Part shown: piece after piece, positions 1-9,892 of the stretch
Numbering within the stretch: position 1 is the stretch's first letter
How the letters are laid out: each line of letters begins with the position of its first letter
Assembly: GCA_964633825.1 (NCBI GenBank)
Contig: CAZWHE010000001.1
Coordinates: 8,895 to 72,894 of the forward strand
Direction of reading: 5' to 3'
DNA length: 64,000 nt
DNA from: an uncultured Phycisphaerales bacterium
GTDB lineage: Bacteria; Planctomycetota; B15-G4; CAYZWU01
Translations under genes and position numbers: made by a program
Notes under the pieces: model-generated
The model's input: only the letters and a program-made list of their open reading frames with translations
What the model was told of the DNA's origin: nothing
The model's database searches: none

Positions 1-774
1 CCGCGCCACCTCTTCGTCGAGGCCGGCCTCGTGGATGCGCCGCAGCCTGACCTCCTCGGTAGCGAGGCGGCTGAACCAGTTCTTGAGATCGTCGTCGGTC
101 AGGTTGTTGGAGACATATTTGCACCCCTCGTTTCCCTCCACGGGATCGCGGCCGATCACGAAGAAGGCGAAGAGCTTGTCCTCGTTGATGAGATTGTTCA
201 GTTTCTCCCGGGGATCGGGAACGGAGAGGTCGACGTCGACGCGGGCGTAGCGGCTCTTGGATAGCCCGGAGCCGTACTTCTGCGCTTCCTCGGGCGGGAG
301 AGCCTTCCACCACTCCCGGACCGATTGGTGGAACTTCTCGATTCCCTCGCGAACGGCCTCGGGAATGTCGGCTCCATCGAGCTTGGAGAATCCCTCGGGC
401 CGGGACGCCGCCGCGAAAAAGGATGCCGTCATTCTGATCTGGTCATCTTCCAATCCGGCCAGGACGGGTGCAAGCCCACGGAGCGTCTCAGGGAGAGCCT
501 CGAACTCCTTGCCTCTTTTTTCGTGCTTCTCGACCACGGCGAAGAAGACCTTCTCCAGGTCGGGGGAGGCCGCCCTCTCCTCGACCGCTTCGAGGAGCCA
601 GCCCGATTCGTCGAGAACGGCGTAAGTGCGGACATCTTTCTTCTTTTCAAGGAGCATGGGAACGGTGAACGAGAGAATGAGGATGACGGGAAAAGCCAGG
701 ATCCCGATCCAGAACGCCTTGGTGCGGATGTTTTCCATGTATTCGCGCAGGGCGACGAGATAGGTCTTACTCAT
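1..774 (-). CDS. ABC-2 type transporter permease (NatB-like), 3' end runs off the window
   Basis: Not in the ORF track. I read ATG at 774, overlapping the upstream ATPase stop: MSKTYLVALREYMENIRTKAFWIGILAFPVILILSFTVPML, the typical ABC-2 permease N-terminus. The frame appears open to base 1. Confidence 0.85.
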   Translation of the reverse strand, partial: MSKTYLVALREYMENIRTKAFWIGILAFPVILILSFTVPMLLEKKKDVRTYAVLDESGWLLEAVEERAASPDLEKVFFAVVEKHEKRGKEFEALPETLRGLAPVLAGLEDDQIRMTASFFAAASRPEGFSKLDGADIPEAVREGIEKFHQSVREWWKALPPEEAQKYGSGLSKSRYARVDVDLSVPDPREKLNNLINEDKLFAFFVIGRDPVEGNEGCKYVSNNLTDDDLKNWFSRLATEEVRLRRIHEAGLDEEVAR

Positions 775-1672
775 TGGACTCACCTCCGGCGACGCGGATA
801 AAGACCTCGTGGAGGGATGGATCCCTCAGGTCGAAGCGCCGAATTTTGACCCGCTTCACGAGCGCGGCCAGTATCTCCTGCGGGTCGGCGCCGTCATCCA
901 TGAAGAGCTCGGCCTGCTTGCCGGCGTCGCTTACGCGCCGGACGCCCGGGAGATCGCGAAGGGCCGATCCGTCTCCGTCATAGTCGAGCATGATCCCCTT
1001 GTCGCCCACCGACTTCACCTCCGTGAGCGTTCCGTCGAGGACCTTGCGCCCCTTGTGTATCATGAAGATGAAGTCGCAGATCTGCTCGGCCTGTTCCATC
1101 ACGTGGGTCGAAAAGATCACCGTGCGCCCCTCCCGCTTCATCTGGAGAATCACGTCGCGCATGACCTCCACGTTGACGGGATCGAGCCCCGAAAAGGGCT
1201 CGTCGAGGATGACGAGCTCGGGGTCGTGGATCAGCGTGCCGAGGAGCTGGACCTTTTGGCCCATCCCCTTGGAGAGAGCCTCGCACTTCTTGTCGACCCA
1301 CTCGCCGAGGCCGAAGCGGATGAGAAGGTCCCGGGCGCGTTCCTTCGCCTCGGCGGCCGCCATCCCTTTGAGCCGGCCGAAATAGGAGACGATCTCGCCC
1401 GTCTTCATCTTCTTGTAGAGCCCTTTTTCCTCGGGAAGGTAGCCGAGCCGGTCCTTGACCGCCTCGCCGTCGGGATGCCCGAGGACGGTGATGGCGCCCC
1501 TGTCCGGATAGATGATGCTCATGATCATCCGGATCGTCGTTGTTTTTCCCGCGCCGTTCGGCCCGATAAAACCGTTGATGCTGCCCGCCGGGATGTTGAG
1601 CGAAATGTCATCCACAGCCAAAACCGGACCGAAGCGCTTGGTCACGTGATCGAGAACGAGCGCGTTCGTCAT
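767..1672 (-). CDS. ABC transporter ATP-binding protein (NatA-like)
   Basis: Walker A GPNGAGKT, signature LSKGMGQK, Walker B VILDEP, H-loop FSTH; C-terminal extension ending SLHEVF. Confidence 0.95.
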   Translation of the reverse strand: MTNALVLDHVTKRFGPVLAVDDISLNIPAGSINGFIGPNGAGKTTTIRMIMSIIYPDRGAITVLGHPDGEAVKDRLGYLPEEKGLYKKMKTGEIVSYFGRLKGMAAAEAKERARDLLIRFGLGEWVDKKCEALSKGMGQKVQLLGTLIHDPELVILDEPFSGLDPVNVEVMRDVILQMKREGRTVIFSTHVMEQAEQICDFIFMIHKGRKVLDGTLTEVKSVGDKGIMLDYDGDGSALRDLPGVRRVSDAGKQAELFMDDGADPQEILAALVKRVKIRRFDLRDPSLHEVFIRVAGGESNE

Positions 1673-1843
1673 AGGTGTCGATCCTCCAGAACCGCGTATG
1701 AAAACCGTTCTTTCACGGTCAACAATGAACCTTCCGGGTTAATCGAATCAGTGTGTCACCGCGGAACGGCGGCGTCAATGGTTTTGCCCGCACTTTCCTT
1801 CAAAGGACGAAGGAAGGAAACTCCCCGGCAAGGAGGATCGAGG

Positions 1844-3928
1844 TCAGTCCTTCTTCAGGCGTTTCTCGATGATCTTCTCGGCCAGTGCGAACGGCACTGC
1901 TTCGTAGTTCTCGAAGTGCATGGTGAACTCGCCGCGGCCGCTCGTAATGGTTCTCAGTTCGGATGAGTATCCGAACATCTCCTCGAGAGAAACACGCGCA
2001 CGCAGGATAGACATGTCTCCCTTGGAATCCATCTGCACGATCTTGCCGCGCTTGCCGCACAGGCTCGACGTCACGGGACCGGTGTGGTCCGTGTGCGCCG
2101 TAACCTCCACGCCCATGATCGGCTCGAGAAGTTCCATTCCGGCTTTCTTGCAGGCGTCGCGAAACCCGATCGATGCGCAGGTGCGGAAAGCATGTTCGGA
2201 CGAGTCGACATCGTGCGCCGAGCCGTCGATCACGGCGACCTTCACGTCCACCATGGGAAAGCCCGCAAACGGTCCTTTGGTCATGGTGTCTATGATCCCG
2301 TTTTTAACGGCCGGTATGTATTCGCGCGGGATGCGGCCGCCCACGATCTTGTTCTCGAACCGAAGCCCCGAACCCGGCTCACAGGGCTCGACGTGCATGC
2401 AGACGTGCGCATACTGACCCCGGCCGCCCGTTTGCTTGACATGTTTGTACTCGTGCTCGATCGAGCCGATGATGGTCTCGCGATAGGCCACCCGGGGCTT
2501 GCCGGTCGCGACGTTCACGCTGAATTCGCGTTTCAATCGGTCGACGATGACCTCGAGATGCAGTTCACCCATTCCGGAAATGATGACCTCTTTCGTTTCG
2601 ACGTTGGTCGCCACGGTGAAGGTGGGATCCTCCTCGGAGAGCCGCGCCAGCGCCTTGGCGAGCCGATCCCCCTCGGCCCGGCTTTCGGGCGCCACGGCCA
2701 CGCCGATCACGGGCGCCGGAAACTCGATCGATTCGAGCATGATCGGGTGGTCCTCACAGCAGAGGGTGTCGCCCGTGCAGGTTTCGGCCAGCCCGACCAC
2801 TGCTCCCACGTCGCCGGCCCGCAGCTCCTTGACCGATTCCCGATTGTTTGCGTGCATTTCGAAGAGGAGGCCCACGCGCTGCTTCTTTTCTTGGATGGAG
2901 TTGTATGTGAACTCACCGGCCTTCATCACGCCCGAGTAGACGCGGACATAGGTGAGCTTGCCCAGGTGCTTGTCGGCTTGCAATTTGAATGCGAGCGCCG
3001 CCAGGGGCGCCTCGCCGCTGGGATGCCTGATGATCTCCTTGTTGGACTCGCGATGGGCGCCGATCACGGGGGGCAGGTCGACGGGCGACGGCAGGTAGTC
3101 GACAACGGCGTCGAGCAGGCGGCGCACGACCTTGTTGCGGAATGCAGCGCCGCAAAGCACGGGCGTGATGCGCTTGTCGATCGTGGCCTGCCGGATGACG
3201 CGGACGACCTCCTCCCGCTCGGGCGCCATTCCCCCAACGAATTTCTCCATCAAGCGGTCGTCCTGCTCGCTGACGCGCTCGATCATGTATTCCTCGGCCC
3301 GGCGCGCCCGCTCCATATGCTCCTCGGGGATCGCTTCCTCGCGGATTACAACCCCCTCCGGCGTCCGGTCGTAATAAACCGCCTTCATGTCGACCAGGTC
3401 GATAATACCCTCGAAGCCGGCCTCGGCGCCGATCGGGATGACCACGGGCACGGCGTTGGCGCCCAGTTCGTCGCGGATCGCCTGAACAACGCCCTCGAAG
3501 TCTGCGCCGATGCGGTCCATCTTGTTGATGAAAGCGATGCGCGGCACGCGATACTTCTCGGCCTGGCGCCAGACGGTTCTGGCCTGCGGCTGGACCCCGC
3601 CCACGGCGCAAAAGAGCATCACCGTCCCGTCCAGAACGCGCAGCGAGCGCTCCACCTCGGCCGTGAAGTCGACGTGGCCGGGCGTGTCGATGATGTTGAT
3701 CCGGTGTTCGCGCCAGTACGCGGTTGTAGCCGCCGACGTAATTGTGATGCCCCGCTCCCGCTCCTGGGCCATCCAGTCCATCGTGGCCTTGCCGTCGTGA
3801 ACCTCGCCGATCTTGTGGCTCTTTCCCGTGAAAAAAAGAATCCGCTCCGTCACCGTTGTCTTGCCCGCATCGATGTGGGCCATCAATCCGATGTTGCGGA
3901 TACGCGTGACATCAATGTTTTTGCTCAT
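1844..3928 (-). CDS. fusA: Elongation factor G (standalone copy, not in an rpsL-rpsG-fusA-tuf context)
   Basis: [39 protein letters not shown]; 694 aa. Confidence 0.97.
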   Translation of the reverse strand: MSKNIDVTRIRNIGLMAHIDAGKTTVTERILFFTGKSHKIGEVHDGKATMDWMAQERERGITITSAATTAYWREHRINIIDTPGHVDFTAEVERSLRVLDGTVMLFCAVGGVQPQARTVWRQAEKYRVPRIAFINKMDRIGADFEGVVQAIRDELGANAVPVVIPIGAEAGFEGIIDLVDMKAVYYDRTPEGVVIREEAIPEEHMERARRAEEYMIERVSEQDDRLMEKFVGGMAPEREEVVRVIRQATIDKRITPVLCGAAFRNKVVRRLLDAVVDYLPSPVDLPPVIGAHRESNKEIIRHPSGEAPLAALAFKLQADKHLGKLTYVRVYSGVMKAGEFTYNSIQEKKQRVGLLFEMHANNRESVKELRAGDVGAVVGLAETCTGDTLCCEDHPIMLESIEFPAPVIGVAVAPESRAEGDRLAKALARLSEEDPTFTVATNVETKEVIISGMGELHLEVIVDRLKREFSVNVATGKPRVAYRETIIGSIEHEYKHVKQTGGRGQYAHVCMHVEPCEPGSGLRFENKIVGGRIPREYIPAVKNGIIDTMTKGPFAGFPMVDVKVAVIDGSAHDVDSSEHAFRTCASIGFRDACKKAGMELLEPIMGVEVTAHTDHTGPVTSSLCGKRGKIVQMDSKGDMSILRARVSLEEMFGYSSELRTITSGRGEFTMHFENYEAVPFALAEKIIEKRLKKD

Positions 3929-4069
3929 TTGTTCCTATCTTTTCATTAAGGTGTCCGCTGCCGACGACAGCTGATAAAGGGGAAAATCCACGGTTTATAG
4001 CCTCTTTCCGGCCCGCGTGGTCATGAAAATTCCGGATCAATAAAAAGGTCCGGGAATGCCGTGCGCTTT

Positions 4070-5392
4070 TCAGGAATCACCGTTCACCCAGTCGAGCACA
4101 TCTTTGGCGCCCGTGGCCGTACTTCCGACCAGGGCTTGATGGGCCGTGTCTTGGATATCGGTGGAGAAGGGGCCTTGAATCGACGATTTCCGCCGTATGT
4201 CATCCAGCGCTTTGATCGCGACCTGCGATGCCGAATCGACGCACGCCATCATGAGGAGCAGTTCGATTACGGGCTTGGCCTGTTCCTCGCTCTTCCACGA
4301 TTCGATCTCCTTGTTCAGCTTTTTGATCGTCTCGTTGTAGTCGTACCGTGCCGATTCCGTCTGGTTTCTATCCAGGTCGATCGTTGAGCAGACATGCCAA
4401 AGCCAGAGGTGGCATGCCTTGCCTTTGGATTTATAGGAATCGCGCGCCATCTTGCGGGCTCGATAGAGCTTGTCCTTAATGACGGCATCGATAATGCCCT
4501 CAACGTCCGGTTCGTTTTCTCCAAACAGCTTTATGAGTCTATTCCTTTTTTCGCGCTCATACTCGTCGAGATAACCGTCGGCACGATCAACCCACTTCGA
4601 TTTCTCTTCCAAAAGAGCGAGGCGTTTAAAAACTTCCCCGGCTTCGTCTTTCAACCCGGAGTCCCACAGGTAGAGCCCCAACATAAAAGCGACCTCATGG
4701 CAGAGCGGGTAATCGCGGCGCGCCTTCCGCATTATATTCAAAGCCTCCTTCTCTCTCCCGCTGTCCCAGAAGGCGGCGGCCTGATCCAAGGCTTTCCTGA
4801 TGCCGTCGATTTCACTGTTTTTCTGCTTGACCTGTTCATCGACTCTTTCCATCTCGCTTTTCGGATACTCGACGAGCGCTCCGCAGTCGTACCGGACTTG
4901 AGTCGTTCGACCCATGAACAGAAAGCTGTAACGGCTCGTCGTGACCTTTTCGACATAGTACGACCTGCCCCGGGTTTTGCGAACGGACTGGTCGACCAGC
5001 GTCTTGATTATCTCTTTCAAGCTCGTCGTATCATCGTCGTTTCTAACGCTGGTCCGTTCTTCGTAGATCTGTTTCTCCAGCCAGCCGGCGATCTCTGATC
5101 GGGCTTTGTCGACGGCCCTCCGGCGGGCGTCGTCATAAGTCTTGCTCCTCTCGCTGTAACCGGTGAAGTAGATACAGGCCCCGTCCGGTTCGGGAGGATC
5201 GGATTTATACCAGGCCGGGATGGTGCGGCCCGGGGGATCGGACTCACGGATCGGTTCGATAGCGCACCCGGCCAGCCCGGCGAACAGAAGAGCCGGAAGA
5301 ACGGCTTTCCACGGCGTCGGTGCTCTTCTCAAATGCCTTCTCCTCTTTCTCCGGACTCCGTCATCGCCCGTCCGCGCGCTCCCGCCGTTCAT
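4070..5392 (-). CDS. Predicted lipoprotein, LPP20-like N-terminal domain plus TPR-like helical C-terminus
   Basis: Basic N-region, hydrophobic stretch and lipobox LAGC; FTGYS..DDARRRAVDKARSEIA resembles LPP20-type domains; TAATG overlap with the upstream gene. Confidence 0.7.
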   Translation of the reverse strand: MNGGSARTGDDGVRRKRRRHLRRAPTPWKAVLPALLFAGLAGCAIEPIRESDPPGRTIPAWYKSDPPEPDGACIYFTGYSERSKTYDDARRRAVDKARSEIAGWLEKQIYEERTSVRNDDDTTSLKEIIKTLVDQSVRKTRGRSYYVEKVTTSRYSFLFMGRTTQVRYDCGALVEYPKSEMERVDEQVKQKNSEIDGIRKALDQAAAFWDSGREKEALNIMRKARRDYPLCHEVAFMLGLYLWDSGLKDEAGEVFKRLALLEEKSKWVDRADGYLDEYEREKRNRLIKLFGENEPDVEGIIDAVIKDKLYRARKMARDSYKSKGKACHLWLWHVCSTIDLDRNQTESARYDYNETIKKLNKEIESWKSEEQAKPVIELLLMMACVDSASQVAIKALDDIRRKSSIQGPFSTDIQDTAHQALVGSTATGAKDVLDWVNGDS

Positions 5393-6690
5393 TACCTGGG
5401 CTCAAGAAGGAGATCGTGTATCTTGGAATGAACGACGTCGCACGCCTCCCGGGTTTCCGAGATGAGCATGTCCCCCTCATTCCGGGCGAACTCCGTGATG
5501 GGCCGGCCTCTTTTCCCTTTCTCGAGAGAAAGAACTCGGCTGTTGAAGATCACTTCGTTCTCGGGAAACCTGATCACCTTGTATTCGCAGTCCACCTTCA
5601 TGGAAGCCGCGGACTCAACCCTGTCACGCCAAATCCCCCATTCCCATATCCGGATGTCGATCACAGTGTTGGCCCCGAAGTGCTCGGCCAGGCCCTTGTA
5701 ATTGGGCAGGCGCCTTATTTCCTGTCCCCGGCGTTCCTTGACGACAGAGTGCTCGTCGAAGTACTTCAGTGTTTCGTCGATATCAACCACATCGAATTCC
5801 GCGCTCACGACGAGCGAGCGATGAACCCTTTCGATCAGCTCCCTGTGAATGTCGAAGCTCCGCCTGCAGAGATAACCCGAATACTCGTCTTTGACCCTGT
5901 CGTCCGATCCGGAACCGAAGAGCGTGCCGAGCTTGCCGAAAAATCTCTCGTACCCGTAGCGATTGTAGTAAACGCTCAACCCCGCGTTCCGGGTCATCCG
6001 GACACGGCCGGAATCAAGAACGCGGGAAGGCACGATCACGATCCGATCGATCTTTTCCATGTCTTCGCGCGCCATGAAGGGATGGTCATTCCCCGTCCAC
6101 TCTCTGGGAAAGTCATCGTGCATGTAATCGATAAAGAACAAACCGAGAATGAAATCGGGAATCTCCTTCAGGTGAACCTCGACACCGGCATTAGCGACCC
6201 CGGCGGTCGCCTCGGCCCCGATGCCCCAATAGTCGCGGTGGTTCATATATTTCATGTAATAGTCGTCATCGGTGTAGTTGAGGAAATTGCCGAAAGCGTT
6301 CTGGCGCTTGTAGTACTCCGTGCTGAACGGAAGGAGAGAGAATTCGGCTTTCACGTCGTTGCACAGGCCGAACCTGCGTCCGTCGAATCCCAGCCTGGAG
6401 ACCGTCGCCGCGCCGGCGCCGAACTGCAGCAGCCGTGTGGCGTGCGCGTTGACATGGACGCCGAAGCCGAAACCGAACTGAAAAGAGATGATGTCGAACA
6501 AATCAGCGATACGGTTGACCGGCCACAATGCGATCTTGGCCATCACGCCCGTCGGCTCTCCCTCGTCGCTGATCTTCCAGGTCCGGTCGTAGTCATACCA
6601 GGTGCGCTCTACATCTTTTAATGCCTTATCTGATCCGCAGCCTGTTGCCAGAAGGAGAAGCAGACAAAAAAGAGCGAGATATTTGAACAT
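5392..6690 (-). CDS. Predicted lipoprotein of unknown function
   Basis: Start moved to ATG 6690 (GGAG RBS upstream); MFKYLALFCLLLLLATGC lipobox; Gly-rich hydrophobic segment FQFGFGFGVHVNA. Confidence 0.75.
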   Translation of the reverse strand: MFKYLALFCLLLLLATGCGSDKALKDVERTWYDYDRTWKISDEGEPTGVMAKIALWPVNRIADLFDIISFQFGFGFGVHVNAHATRLLQFGAGAATVSRLGFDGRRFGLCNDVKAEFSLLPFSTEYYKRQNAFGNFLNYTDDDYYMKYMNHRDYWGIGAEATAGVANAGVEVHLKEIPDFILGLFFIDYMHDDFPREWTGNDHPFMAREDMEKIDRIVIVPSRVLDSGRVRMTRNAGLSVYYNRYGYERFFGKLGTLFGSGSDDRVKDEYSGYLCRRSFDIHRELIERVHRSLVVSAEFDVVDIDETLKYFDEHSVVKERRGQEIRRLPNYKGLAEHFGANTVIDIRIWEWGIWRDRVESAASMKVDCEYKVIRFPENEVIFNSRVLSLEKGKRGRPITEFARNEGDMLISETREACDVVHSKIHDLLLEPR

Positions 6691-6919
6691 CGCAGATTCT
6701 CCTGAAACATCAAAACACTTCACACCCATGGGTCAGACCGAATACCGGTTAAAGCCTTCAACTCCGGATATTTAAAAGACTTTCAAAAACCATGTTTTCC
6801 GCTGAAAGAAAAAAAATAACCGAATCGAGCTATAATTTCAAAAGAAATGGAGGATCTGTCCGGAGCCGGATCAGAAACTTTGCCCATTCGTCAGGGATTC
6901 CGGCACATGGACAAACGCA

Positions 6920-6950
6920 ACGAGCCACTGGCCGTAATCCAGTGGCTCGT
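6920..6950 (-). terminator. 12-bp perfect hairpin just downstream of tRNA-Gln
   Basis: ACGAGCCACTGG-N7-CCAGTGGCTCGT; the U-tract is weak (TGCGTTTGT). Confidence 0.6.
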
Positions 6951-6964
6951 ATAGTGATAAGTAT

Positions 6965-7039
6965 TGGCTGCCGGACTAGGACTCGAACCTAGACTAGCGG
7001 ATCCAGAGTCCGCCGTCCTACCGATTAGACGATCCGGCA
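6965..7039 (-). tRNA. tRNA-Gln (anticodon CTG), CCA encoded
   Basis: Acceptor stem TGCCGGA/TCCGGCA, anticodon arm GCGGA-CTCTGGA-TCCGC, T arm CTAGG-TTCGAGT-CCTAG, discriminator G then CCA. Confidence 0.97.
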
Positions 7040-7087
7040 GTTTTCGATCTGGAATACTTCGCTCCCGAAACGTTTCCGGGAGGCGGA

Positions 7088-7116
7088 AGTATAAAAACCC
7101 GGTTATAGCGAGTCAA
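7088..7116 (-). promoter_or_regulatory. Sigma70-type promoter of tRNA-Gln
   Basis: TTGACT-N17-TATACT followed by a GC-rich discriminator. Confidence 0.8.
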
Positions 7117-7152
7117 CAAGTAAAAGACCGCGGTGAACCCGCCCCTTCCCGC

Positions 7153-7743
7153 TCAATCCTCGAGCTCCACGTTCCAGTAGATATCGGAGATGAAAGCATC
7201 CCACGACCGAGGTTTCTTGAATTTCCGGGCGAAAGAGTACCACGGGGACCAGGACGGTTTCTGAGGCACAAAGCGCAGGCCCATGCCGGCCTCTTCCGGT
7301 ATCCTGTTCCCCTTACGGACATTACACACTGTGCACGCGAGAACGCAGTTTTCCCAAGTTGTTTTTCCACCTCGAGACCGGGGAAGCACGTGATCGAGCG
7401 TGAGCTCCTCCGTGCCGGGCTTGGCTCCGCAGTACTGGCACTTGAAACCGTCCCGCCTGTAGATGTTCCTGCGGGAAAAGACGACGCCCCCCTTTGGAAC
7501 CTTGTCAAATGTCCTGAGAACAACCACTTCGGGCACATCGAAAGCCCCTGACGTGCTCTGGATGATCTTTCCGTTGGTCGGTCCGCGGCGGAGCCATCTC
7601 TCGAAGGAGCAGAGCTCGTACGTTTCGACGTCGACGATCCGGACGAGGTCGACGAACGCCATGACCACGGCGCGCCGGACAGGCGTCACATTGACCGGGA
7701 TCCACGATCTATTCAGTACCAGTGTTGGTGAATTCAGCATCAT
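7153..7743 (-). CDS. HNH endonuclease (McrA-like, Zn-binding)
   Basis: RRNIYRRDGFKCQYCG, TLDHVLPRSRGG, WENCVLACTVCNVRKG. Confidence 0.9.
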   Translation of the reverse strand: MMLNSPTLVLNRSWIPVNVTPVRRAVVMAFVDLVRIVDVETYELCSFERWLRRGPTNGKIIQSTSGAFDVPEVVVLRTFDKVPKGGVVFSRRNIYRRDGFKCQYCGAKPGTEELTLDHVLPRSRGGKTTWENCVLACTVCNVRKGNRIPEEAGMGLRFVPQKPSWSPWYSFARKFKKPRSWDAFISDIYWNVELED

Positions 7744-7873
7744 GCTTTATTTTATCATGTTTTTTTGGGAAATTCTATGAGAGGTCGAATTCGCTCTTTT
7801 TGTTTATACAATACTAATCAACATAACTCAATATACCATCCGATCAAAGAACGTTTACTGGCTCGAGAAGTAA

Positions 7874-8082
7874 ACCTCAACGATGCAAAAAACATCGAGT
7901 GCAGGCGCGTCAGAGTGCGGCAGATGGGGCAAAAGAGCGATTTTTCTCAGCCGCAGCTATTTATCGATACGTGAGGGTCCGCCCCTTTGGGGCGGTAAAG
8001 AAAAATCGGTATTTTGTCCCAAATGTCATACTATGGCGCGAGGTTCGACGGTCTGAGCCGATGTTTTTTGCATCGTTGAGGT
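7874..8082. repeat. 209-bp inverted-repeat element with 24-bp perfect ends and 50-bp imperfect inner arms
   Basis: ACCTCAACGATGCAAAAAACATCG (7874-7897) is the exact reverse complement of 8059-8082; 7905-7954 vs 7992-8041 match 36/50 by hand alignment. Confidence 0.9.
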
Positions 8083-8086
8083 CAAG

Positions 8087-8965
8087 ATGAATTTCCTGGG
8101 GCTCGAAGGCGAAACAACACATTACGACAAGGCGCACGTCGTTGTTCTGCCCGTGCCCTATGAGAAAACGTGCTCCTGGAAAAGCGGGACCGCCCGCGGT
8201 CCGGCCGCCATCATCGAGGCATCGTCCAACGCAGAGTGGTACGACGAGGAATCCGGCATTGATCTCGACCGCATGGGAATCGCCACGCTTCCCGAACCCC
8301 CTCTCGCCCTTCTCGATCCGGAAGCCATGGTCGGCGACCTGGAAAAGAGGGCGGACAGAATTTTCCAAGACAACAAGATCCTGGCCGGACTCGGCGGGGA
8401 GCATACGATCACGCTCGGTTTCGTGAAAGCCGCCCTGCGCCGCCACCCCGATCTCACTCTGCTTCAGATCGACGCGCACCCCGATCTCCGGGACGAATAC
8501 GAAGGGCGAAAAATCTGTCACGCCACGGTGGGCCGCAGGATCGCCGAGCTCGCCCCCCTCGTCCAGGTCGGCGTCCGCGCCTGGTCCCGCGAAGAGCAGG
8601 ACTTCATGGCGCGCCCGAAAGCCGAACAGATCCATCCCCTGGTCACGATTCGGGCCGCAGACATGGACCGCGATACCGGATGGATCGAGAAAGCCGTGGG
8701 CTCCCTGGGCGGCAAGGTTTACATTACTTTCGACGTCGATGCCTTCGATCCCTCTGTCATGCCGGCCACGGGCACGCCCGAACCGGGAGGCCTCTCGTGG
8801 CGCCGGGCCGCCGATCTCCTTGCCCGTGTCGGGGAGACGAAATCGATCGTCGGCTTCGACGTGGTGGAGCTCTCACCGATCGAACATCTCCACCACTGCG
8901 ACTATACGGCCGCCCGTCTCGCGGCACGCCTCATCGCACTCAGCCGGGTTGACGGGCCGCACTGA
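8087..8965 (+). CDS. speB: Agmatinase (ureohydrolase family)
   Basis: GGEHTI, QIDAHPDLR, TFDVDAFDP, GTPEPGG metal-binding motifs. Confidence 0.85.
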   Translation: MNFLGLEGETTHYDKAHVVVLPVPYEKTCSWKSGTARGPAAIIEASSNAEWYDEESGIDLDRMGIATLPEPPLALLDPEAMVGDLEKRADRIFQDNKILAGLGGEHTITLGFVKAALRRHPDLTLLQIDAHPDLRDEYEGRKICHATVGRRIAELAPLVQVGVRAWSREEQDFMARPKAEQIHPLVTIRAADMDRDTGWIEKAVGSLGGKVYITFDVDAFDPSVMPATGTPEPGGLSWRRAADLLARVGETKSIVGFDVVELSPIEHLHHCDYTAARLAARLIALSRVDGPH

Positions 8966-9007
8966 ACCCGGAACAAATCTCCTCCTATCCGCTTTTCAAC
9001 GGCCCGT

Positions 9008-9892
9008 TCATGATGGAAACTGTTTCCGCTTGAACAGCATCGCGGCCGCCAGGGTAAAGACGAGCCAGAGAAGGCCAAGCACCGTCACTGAGTGGGAAAG
9101 GCTCACCTCCGCCGACCGGCTCAGCAGATCGGGGACGGGAAAGAAACCTTCGTCACCGGAGATGTTGGCCATTAGATTGCGCAGGTGATAGAGCACCGAA
9201 CAGGTGCCGATCCGGAAGGGGATGTTGGCCACAACCCCCTCGATGCAGATCGTAATGAAAAGAACCACGAGAACGGCCCGCCGGGTAATGAGGGAGAGAA
9301 GGATGCAGAAGGAACCATAAACCATGGCACCGACAACCGCGGCCGCGAGAACGGCCCAGAGAAGGGGAAGGCTGTGCAGGACCGATTCGATACCGTATCG
9401 GCTCATGCTCGTAAAATAGACCGCTCCGAGAGCGGGAATAACAATGATGAAAGTCGAGACCAGGTATGCGAGATAGGACCCGGCAAAGATCGACAACCGG
9501 GAAATGGGACAGATCAGATTGTAGATGATCGTTCGGTCATCCACGCTGTCCCCCAGCACGGAACAACCGAGAAAAATGAAAACCAGCATTTGGATGTAGT
9601 GGTAGGCGGGAACGGTGTTGATCAGAAAGAAGCGGCTTCCCCCCCCGCGGGGCGTCTCAATGATGAGGCTCGTAACGAGGAGAATGACCACGGGCATCCA
9701 CGCCAGAAGAGCGAGCGTCCAACCGCGCCGGCCCCTGAGCGGAGAGAATGCGGTATTCCTGAAGACAGCGCCGGCGGAAGCAAAGAAAGAGAGAGGATCG
9801 GGAGCACCCGGCAGTGCCGGGGCGCCCGCGGCCTCGAAGGCGCCGCCTCGATCCGGTCCCAAACTCGTTGTGTCCATTGCGCTCCCTTTCAT
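9008..9892 (-). CDS. ABC-2 type permease
   Basis: About six hydrophobic segments; DRTIIYNLICPISR motif; ATGA overlap with the ATPase (alternative start 9877). Confidence 0.8.
   Translation of the reverse strand: MKGSAMDTTSLGPDRGGAFEAAGAPALPGAPDPLSFFASAGAVFRNTAFSPLRGRRGWTLALLAWMPVVILLVTSLIIETPRGGGSRFFLINTVPAYHYIQMLVFIFLGCSVLGDSVDDRTIIYNLICPISRLSIFAGSYLAYLVSTFIIVIPALGAVYFTSMSRYGIESVLHSLPLLWAVLAAAVVGAMVYGSFCILLSLITRRAVLVVLFITICIEGVVANIPFRIGTCSVLYHLRNLMANISGDEGFFPVPDLLSRSAEVSLSHSVTVLGLLWLVFTLAAAMLFKRKQFPS

Noticed and set aside
6965-8086. tRNA-anchored genomic island or prophage remnant
   Set aside because: No integrase, no duplicated tRNA 3' end (att site) seen, and the flanking genes look chromosomal.
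7874-8086. Known guanidine riboswitch upstream of the agmatinase-family gene
   Set aside because: I could not find ACGR-loop twin hairpins (class II) or the class I conserved core on the plus strand; an Rfam scan would settle it.
7765-8090. Small ORFs 7765-7974 and 7899-8090 as a speB leader peptide
   Set aside because: No convincing RBS or coding features; better explained as by-products of the inverted-repeat element.
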